A DNA stretch of 64,000 nucleotides, taken from the NCBI GenBank assembly GCA_963746345.1, contig CAVVAN010000002.1, forward strand, positions 213,202-277,201, read 5' to 3'. Source of the DNA: an uncultured Verrucomicrobiae bacterium. Lineage in GTDB: Bacteria > Verrucomicrobiota > Verrucomicrobiia > Limisphaerales > UBA11358. The stretch's first letter is position 1. Every line of letters starts with the position of its first letter. Positions 58,757-64,000 of the stretch are shown here, in pieces. Below the pieces are notes generated by a model, which worked only from the letters and a program-made list of their open reading frames with translations, did not search any database and was not told where the DNA came from. The translations under genes and the position numbers were made by a program.

Positions 58757-58974
58757 GCCCAGATCAATTGATCAGAAGTGCGGATCGGATCAAGCATGAA
58801 ACGTGCGGGAGATTTTTTTGCAAATGGCAAAATGCAAATCTTGAGAAGGAGAAAAATGCGAATTGCAATTTTGTTCCCAAGGGTAGGTATCAATTCCCCA
58901 GCAAAAATCAAATTCGGTCACCGGCATTTTTATTGCTCAAAAAAAGTCTTCGGCGTTTTCCGAATTCATTTCCA

Positions 58975-59304
58975 ATGGCAAAAAGTCTTAATAATTTGGA
59001 GTTGCTGCAAAGGGCCATCCGGCATGAGCACCAGTGTGAGGCTGTTCACCATCAAACTGTTCCCGTGCATGAAACGTTTGATGGAAAAACCATTTGGAAA
59101 GGCGATGTGGAAGTGTTCCATCTCAACGGCCATGCGGAGGCGAAAAAATGTTTTGCGTGGTGGCAGGACGAAAATGACAAGGGCGGGCGGTTTGTGACGG
59201 TGCTGGAAAAACAACTCATCAATACACCTGCATTGGCCGTCAAGTCCGCGATTTTTTTTGAGGCGCAACCAGCGCCGCCTTTTGACGTTGATTCACATTC
59301 TTAA
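58975..59304 (+). CDS. hypothetical protein
   Basis: From the internal ATG: MAKSLNNLELLQRAIRHEHQCEAV..., 109 aa. Confidence 0.4.
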   Translation: MAKSLNNLELLQRAIRHEHQCEAVHHQTVPVHETFDGKTIWKGDVEVFHLNGHAEAKKCFAWWQDENDKGGRFVTVLEKQLINTPALAVKSAIFFEAQPAPPFDVDSHS

Positions 59305-59387
59305 AAGAGACGGGCAATCGCGCTCCGATTTCTGCTCCCGCACGCTAGATCATTTGCACTTTGCCCAAGCGCGGTTAAATTCCTTTT

Positions 59388-59567
59388 GTGGAAATTTGCG
59401 AATCCATTTCCTGCCCGTTTTGCGGGCAATCATCCGAAGTGGCCATTGACACGAGCGTGCCGAGCCAGCGGTTCACGACGGATTGCGAGGTGTGCTGTCG
59501 TCCGTTCGAAGTGACGGTGACGTGCGAGCCGGGCGAAATTTTAAGTCTGGACGTGTCGGGAAATTGA
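59388..59567 (+). CDS. CPXCG motif-containing cysteine-rich protein
   Basis: Hand-translated from a GTG start: VEICESISCPFCGQSSEVAIDTSVPSQRFTTDCEVCCRPFEVTVTCEPGEILSLDVSGN. Confidence 0.65.
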   Translation: MEICESISCPFCGQSSEVAIDTSVPSQRFTTDCEVCCRPFEVTVTCEPGEILSLDVSGN

Positions 59568-59581
59568 GGCAATTTCGCGCG

Positions 59582-59887
59582 ATGCAATTTGAAAATCTCG
59601 TGTTCTGGATTTATGTCGTCCTGCTGCTGGTCGGCGGACTCATCGGTTTCCTCAAAGCGAACAGCAAAATTTCGCTCATCACGTCGGCGGTCGCGGCGGC
59701 ACTGCTGGTTTTGGCACGCGCGGGAATTTTCGAACCGGCATTTGCGCGCAGTCTGGCGAATGTCATCATGGCGGCGTTATTGATCGTTTTTGCCATCCGG
59801 CTGACGAAGACGAAAAAATTTATTCCGAGCGGTTTGATGCTGGTGCTGACGGTTTTGGCGCTGGCTTTGCGCAACATTCGCTTTTAA
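59582..59887 (+). CDS. TMEM14-family small membrane protein
   Basis: MQFENLVFWIYVVLLLVGGLIGFLKANSKISL..., with 4 TM helices. Confidence 0.6.
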   Translation: MQFENLVFWIYVVLLLVGGLIGFLKANSKISLITSAVAAALLVLARAGIFEPAFARSLANVIMAALLIVFAIRLTKTKKFIPSGLMLVLTVLALALRNIRF

Positions 59888-59957
59888 CCGCCGTTGACGC
59901 GCGGCGAAAGTGATTGCCCAAAGGCGTTTTCGCGCGTAAGTTTTCCGCCCTTTGGTC

Positions 59958-60034
59958 GCACCCATAGCTCAATTGGATAGAGCGGCTGACTACGGATCAG
60001 CAGGTTATAGGTTCAACTCCTATTGGGTGCACCA
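59958..60034 (+). tRNA. tRNA-Arg (anticodon ACG), CCA encoded
   Basis: GCACCCA acceptor, GCTGA-CTACGGA-TCAGC anticodon arm, TAGGTTCAACTCCTA T-arm. Confidence 0.9.
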
Positions 60035-60180
60035 GCCTTCGCTTGCAGCGTTTGGAGCTTTGATGCGGTTTCGGAAAATTCCCCGCTGCAAAAAAACTTT
60101 CATGGAATAGTTGCTCCGCGTTTGACATCGTATTTTTCGCCAGTAGTCTTTTTGAGCCATTCTACCAACGAACGCGTGGG

Positions 60181-61920
60181 ATGCGACTGATTTTGTGGCA
60201 GAAAAAGACGATTATCTTGTTGGATTTGCTGGTGGACCTCGGCTTCGTGAACGCCGAGCAGGTCGCCAAGGCGCGCCAGGAGGCTCAAGCTTCCGGCGTG
60301 GGCGTGGTGGATTTGTTGCTGGCGAACAAGGTCATCCGCCCGGCGGACGTGACGCAGGCCAAGGCCGCGCAGTTCGGCGCGGAAGTCGTGCAGCTTTCTG
60401 GGATGAAAATTGACGATGAAGTCATCGCCATCATTCCGCGCCACATCGCCAAAAAATATCGCGTCATTCCCGTTTTCAAATCCGAAGGACAAAGTCGCCG
60501 TGGCCATCGCCGATCCGTCCGACCTGAACACGATTGATTCGCTCACGCATTTGCTGAACGCGGAAATTGAATTGCGCGTTGCGTCCGAGCAGGACATCGA
60601 AGCCGCGCTGAATAAATATTACGGCGGCGCAAACAAGGCAACGACCGACGTGCGTTCAAGGACGTATCCAGGAACTGACCCAAAGCGAAGTGGAAATTCC
60701 GACCGGCGCGCTTGACGACGACGGCGCGGCGGTGGACGCGGACGCGCCCTTCATCCGGCTCGTGAACCAGATCATCGTTGATGCGTTCAAGGTGCGCGCG
60801 TCGGACATTCATCTGGAGCCGCTGAGCAAAACGCTTCCGCCTGCGCTACCGCATTGACGGCGTGATGCAGGAAATGAAAAGCCCGCCCAAACGGTTGCAG
60901 GCCGTCCATCATCGCGCGCCTGAAAATCCAGTCCAACATGTCCATCGCCGAACAGCGCATCCCGCAGGACGGACGCATCCAGATCGCAAGGTCGGCGACA
61001 AGCTGATTGACTTGCGCGTGTCGTGCCTGCCGACCAATCACGGCGAAAGCATCGTCATGCGTATTTTGGACAAGGAAGGTCTGCAAGCTCGGCCTGCCCG
61101 AACTCGGATTTTTCACCGACGACCAGCAGACCTTCGAGCGGCTGATCGCGCTTGCCGGACGGCATTCTGCTCGTCACCGGCCCGACCGGTTCCGGCAAAA
61201 CGACCACGCTTTATTCCTGCCTGAATTTCATCAACCGGCCCGACCGCAAAATCATCACGGTCGAAGACCCGGTCGAATATATTCTGGCCGGCATCAACCA
61301 GGTGCAGGTCAACGAAACGGTCGGCCTGACCTTCGCCGCCGCGTTGCGCGCCATGCTGCGCCAGGCGCCCAACGTCATCATGATCGGGGAAATTCGCGAC
61401 ATGGAAACGGCGACCATCGCCATCAACGCGTCGCTCACCGGCCATCTGGTTTTCTCCACGCTGCACACCAACGACGCGCCCGGCGCCGTCACGCGTCTGG
61501 TGGACATCGGCGTCAAACCGTTTTTGGTCGCCTCCTCCACGCGCTGCCTCATGGCGCAGCGGCTGGTGCGCAAAATCTGCAAGAAATGCGCCGCAGCCGT
61601 ATGAGCCGACCGACGCGGAAATGCGCGCGCTGGGCATCGACGCCGGACAATGTTGAAAGGCGCGACGTTCATGAAAGGCAAGGGCTGCAACAATTGCAAC
61701 AACACCGGCAACCGCGGGCGCTTCGGCATTTTTGAAATTTTTGTCATCGACGACGAGGCGCGCAAATTGATTTACGACCGCGTGCCGTCCGTCCGTGCTG
61801 CGCGCCGCGCGCGCGCGAAATGGGCATGCGCACCCTGCGCGAGGACGGCGTCCGCAAAGTCATGGCCGGCTTGACCACGCCGAGGAAGTCATCCGCGCCA
61901 CGGTGGGCGATGCTGAATGA
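60181..61920 (+). CDS. pilB: type IV pilus assembly ATPase PilB/GspE family (several frameshifts)
   Basis: N-terminal MshEN-type domain, ..[16 protein letters not shown].., [13 protein letters not shown] Walker A, IMIGEIRD and a CxxC..CNNC zinc motif, spread over three frames. Confidence 0.85.
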
Positions 61921-61948
61921 TGAACGACAATGATTAGAATATTGTTCT

Positions 61949-63078
61949 ATGTCCTACTCAATGTCAGATTTGTTGCAGTTGGTGGTGTCCGAAGGCGCGT
62001 CCGATTTGCACATCCGCGTCGGCGTGCCGCCGGTCGATCCGCGTGCACGGCATTTTGCACCGCGTCGAAGGGCCGGCGCTCAAGCCGGAGGACACCGAGG
62101 AATTGATGCGCAGCATCACCTCCGAGGAACACATCCAGAAGCGTGCGCGAACGCGGCGGCGCGGACTTCGGTTTTGCCTTCGGCGAAGCGGCGCGTTTCC
62201 GCGTCAGCGTGTTCAAGGAAAAGGGAAATTTCGGCATGGTGCTGCGGCAGATTCCCAGCAAGCTGCTGACGATGGAGCAGATCGGCATTGCCGCCGATCG
62301 CGAAGGAACTGCTTTACAAGCCGCGCGGCCTGGTCCTGGTGACCGGCCCGACCGGCTCCGGCAAAACCACCACGCTGGCCTCGATGATCAACATCATCAA
62401 CGAGGAGCGCGACGAGGCGCACATCATCACCATCGAAGACCCGATCGAATATTATCACAAGCACAAAAAGGCCGTTGGTCACCCAGCGCGAAATCGGCGT
62501 GGACGTGCCGAATTTCGCCGAGGCGTTGCGCCGCGCGTTGCGCCAGGACCCGGACGTGATTCTGGTCGGTGAAATGCGCGACTTGGAAACGATTGAAGCG
62601 GCCATCACCGCGGCGGAAACCGGCCACTTGGTTTTCGGCACGCTGCACACCACCGGCGCGGCCAAGACGATTGACCGTATCGTCAACGCCTTTCCGACCA
62701 ACCAGCAGGAAACGATCCGCATCCAGCTTTCCACCGTCATGCAGGCGGTGATTTCGCAATTGCTGATTCCGCGCATTGACAAGCCGGGCCGCGTCGCCGT
62801 CTTTGAAATCATGATCAACACGCCGTCCATCGCCGCGCTCATCCGCGACAACAAAACTTTCCGCATCCAGTCGGACATCCAGACCGGCGCGAAATACGGC
62901 ATGGTGACGCTGGACCGTTTCCTGATGGAAAAATACCAGCAGGGCATGATCGCCCGCGAAGAAGTCATCACCAAATCGCAGGACCCGACGACGATCATGG
63001 CAGAAATTGCAGGAACTGGAACTGGCGCAGTCCATCGCCAGCGGCCAGCGCGCCCAACAAACCGGCAAAATGATTTGA
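61949..63078 (+). CDS. pilT: twitching motility ATPase PilT (several frameshifts)
   Basis: [48 protein letters not shown] and AALIRDNK motifs. Confidence 0.85.
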
Positions 63079-63080
63079 AC

Positions 63081-64000
63081 ATGGCCGAAGAAATTTCCAG
63101 TCCGTTGTTGTCGCTCGATCAAGGAGCAGGGGCTGATTGACGATTTGCAATACGAAGAGGTCGTCGCCGAGATCAAGCGCAGCGGCACGCCGGTCATCCA
63201 GATGTTGCAGGACTTCGGCATCATGAAGCTGGACGACATCCTGCACGTCGATGGCCAACCATCTGGGCACGGAAGTGGTTTCGTTGCGCGACCGCGAATT
63301 TCACGCCGGAACTGCTTGAAGACGATTCCCGGCGAACGTCGCGCGGATGTATCAATGCGTGCCCGTCGGCGATGAACAACGGCACGTTGCAGATCGCGCT
63401 GGCCGATCCGCTCGACCCGGCGACGCGCGGATGAAATTCGGTTTTGCCATCAAGCGCGATGTGCAGGTCGTCGTGGCCGACCCGGCGGAAATCGAAAAGG
63501 CGATTGAGCGGTTTTACGGCAGGACGAAAGCGAAAGTTTTGCCGACATTCTCAAGGAACTCGGCTCGGACGAGGACATCGCGCGCGAAGTCGGCGAGGCC
63601 GGCGACGACGCCAAGGCCGCCGACGGACGCTGGCCAACGAAGCGCCCATCGTGAAGTTCGTCAACCTGGTCGTTGTACCAGGCCGTGCAGGACCGCGCGA
63701 GCGACATCCATTTCGAGCCGTTTGAAGACGGAATTCCAAATCCGTTACCGCGTGGACGGCGCGCTCTACGAAATGTCGCCGCCGCCGAAACATCTGGCGC
63801 TGCCGGTCATTTCGCGCATCAAGGTCATGGCGAACCTGAACATTTCCGAACGCCGGCTGCCGCAGGACGGGCGCATCAGCTTTCACATCGCCGGCAACGC
63901 AGATCGACTTGCGCGTGTCCACGCTGCCGACGCAGTTCGGCGAATCGGTCGTGTTGCGCGTGCTGGACCGCTCGGCGGTGAACCTGGAAATCGAATCGCT
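63081..64000 (+). CDS. second PilB/GspE-family ATPase, 5' part (frameshifted, runs off window)
   Basis: [11 protein letters not shown].., N-terminal GspE_N-like repeats, ..[42 protein letters not shown].. Confidence 0.75.

Noticed and set aside
60100-60180. Sigma-70-like promoter (TTGACA ... TAGTCT) upstream of pilB.
   Set aside because: The hexamers and spacing are only approximate, and promoter consensus for this lineage is uncertain. There is not enough support to report it as a feature.

Overview
This 64 kb bacterial chromosomal window is GC-rich. The protein style suggests a PVC-type or Verrucomicrobia-like organism, but I cannot verify that here.

Layout:
- 1-11.3 kb: minus-strand stress and envelope cluster. 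It holds an MlaA-hydrolase gene, DUF2934, DUF3309, a YqjD/YqjE/YqjK-like trio, a CBM48 protein, a NarL-type two-component system with a degenerate tandem kinase copy, a hybrid kinase, small membrane proteins and a BON protein. A recurring dyad motif sits upstream of each transcription unit.
- 11.5-32.7 kb: about 21 kb integrative mobilizable island. It is bounded by tRNA-Ser(CGA) and a 41-nt direct repeat of the tRNA 5' half. It carries an integrase, a co-directional array of 11 secreted or membrane protein genes that share a nucleotide-conserved leader, an integrase remnant, hipBA, a TrwC/MOBF-type relaxase, oriT-like hairpins, and XRE and Xis genes.
- 32.8-35.2 kb: IS1-family element with passenger ORFs and an 8-bp target duplication.
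- 35.3-49 kb: core genes (HlyD/ABC-2 exporter, TPR protein, HesB/IscA, mgtE, rdgB, suhB-like, valS, cimA).
- 49-59.9 kb: accessory mix. This includes a small TA pair, VOC, DUF899 and CDGSH genes, and the most interesting locus: an operon of a DpnA/Dam-like m6A methyltransferase, a TIR-like (CAP12/PycTIR-type) protein and a DpnI-like protein whose catalytic Glu is Gln.
- 59.9-64 kb: tRNA-Arg(ACG), then pilB, pilT and a second pilB/gspE-like gene.

Many conserved genes are split by frameshifts, in patches. This looks like assembly indel error rather than biology, so exact CDS ends in those genes are approximate. All homology statements come from reading the translated ORFs from memory; no searches were run.
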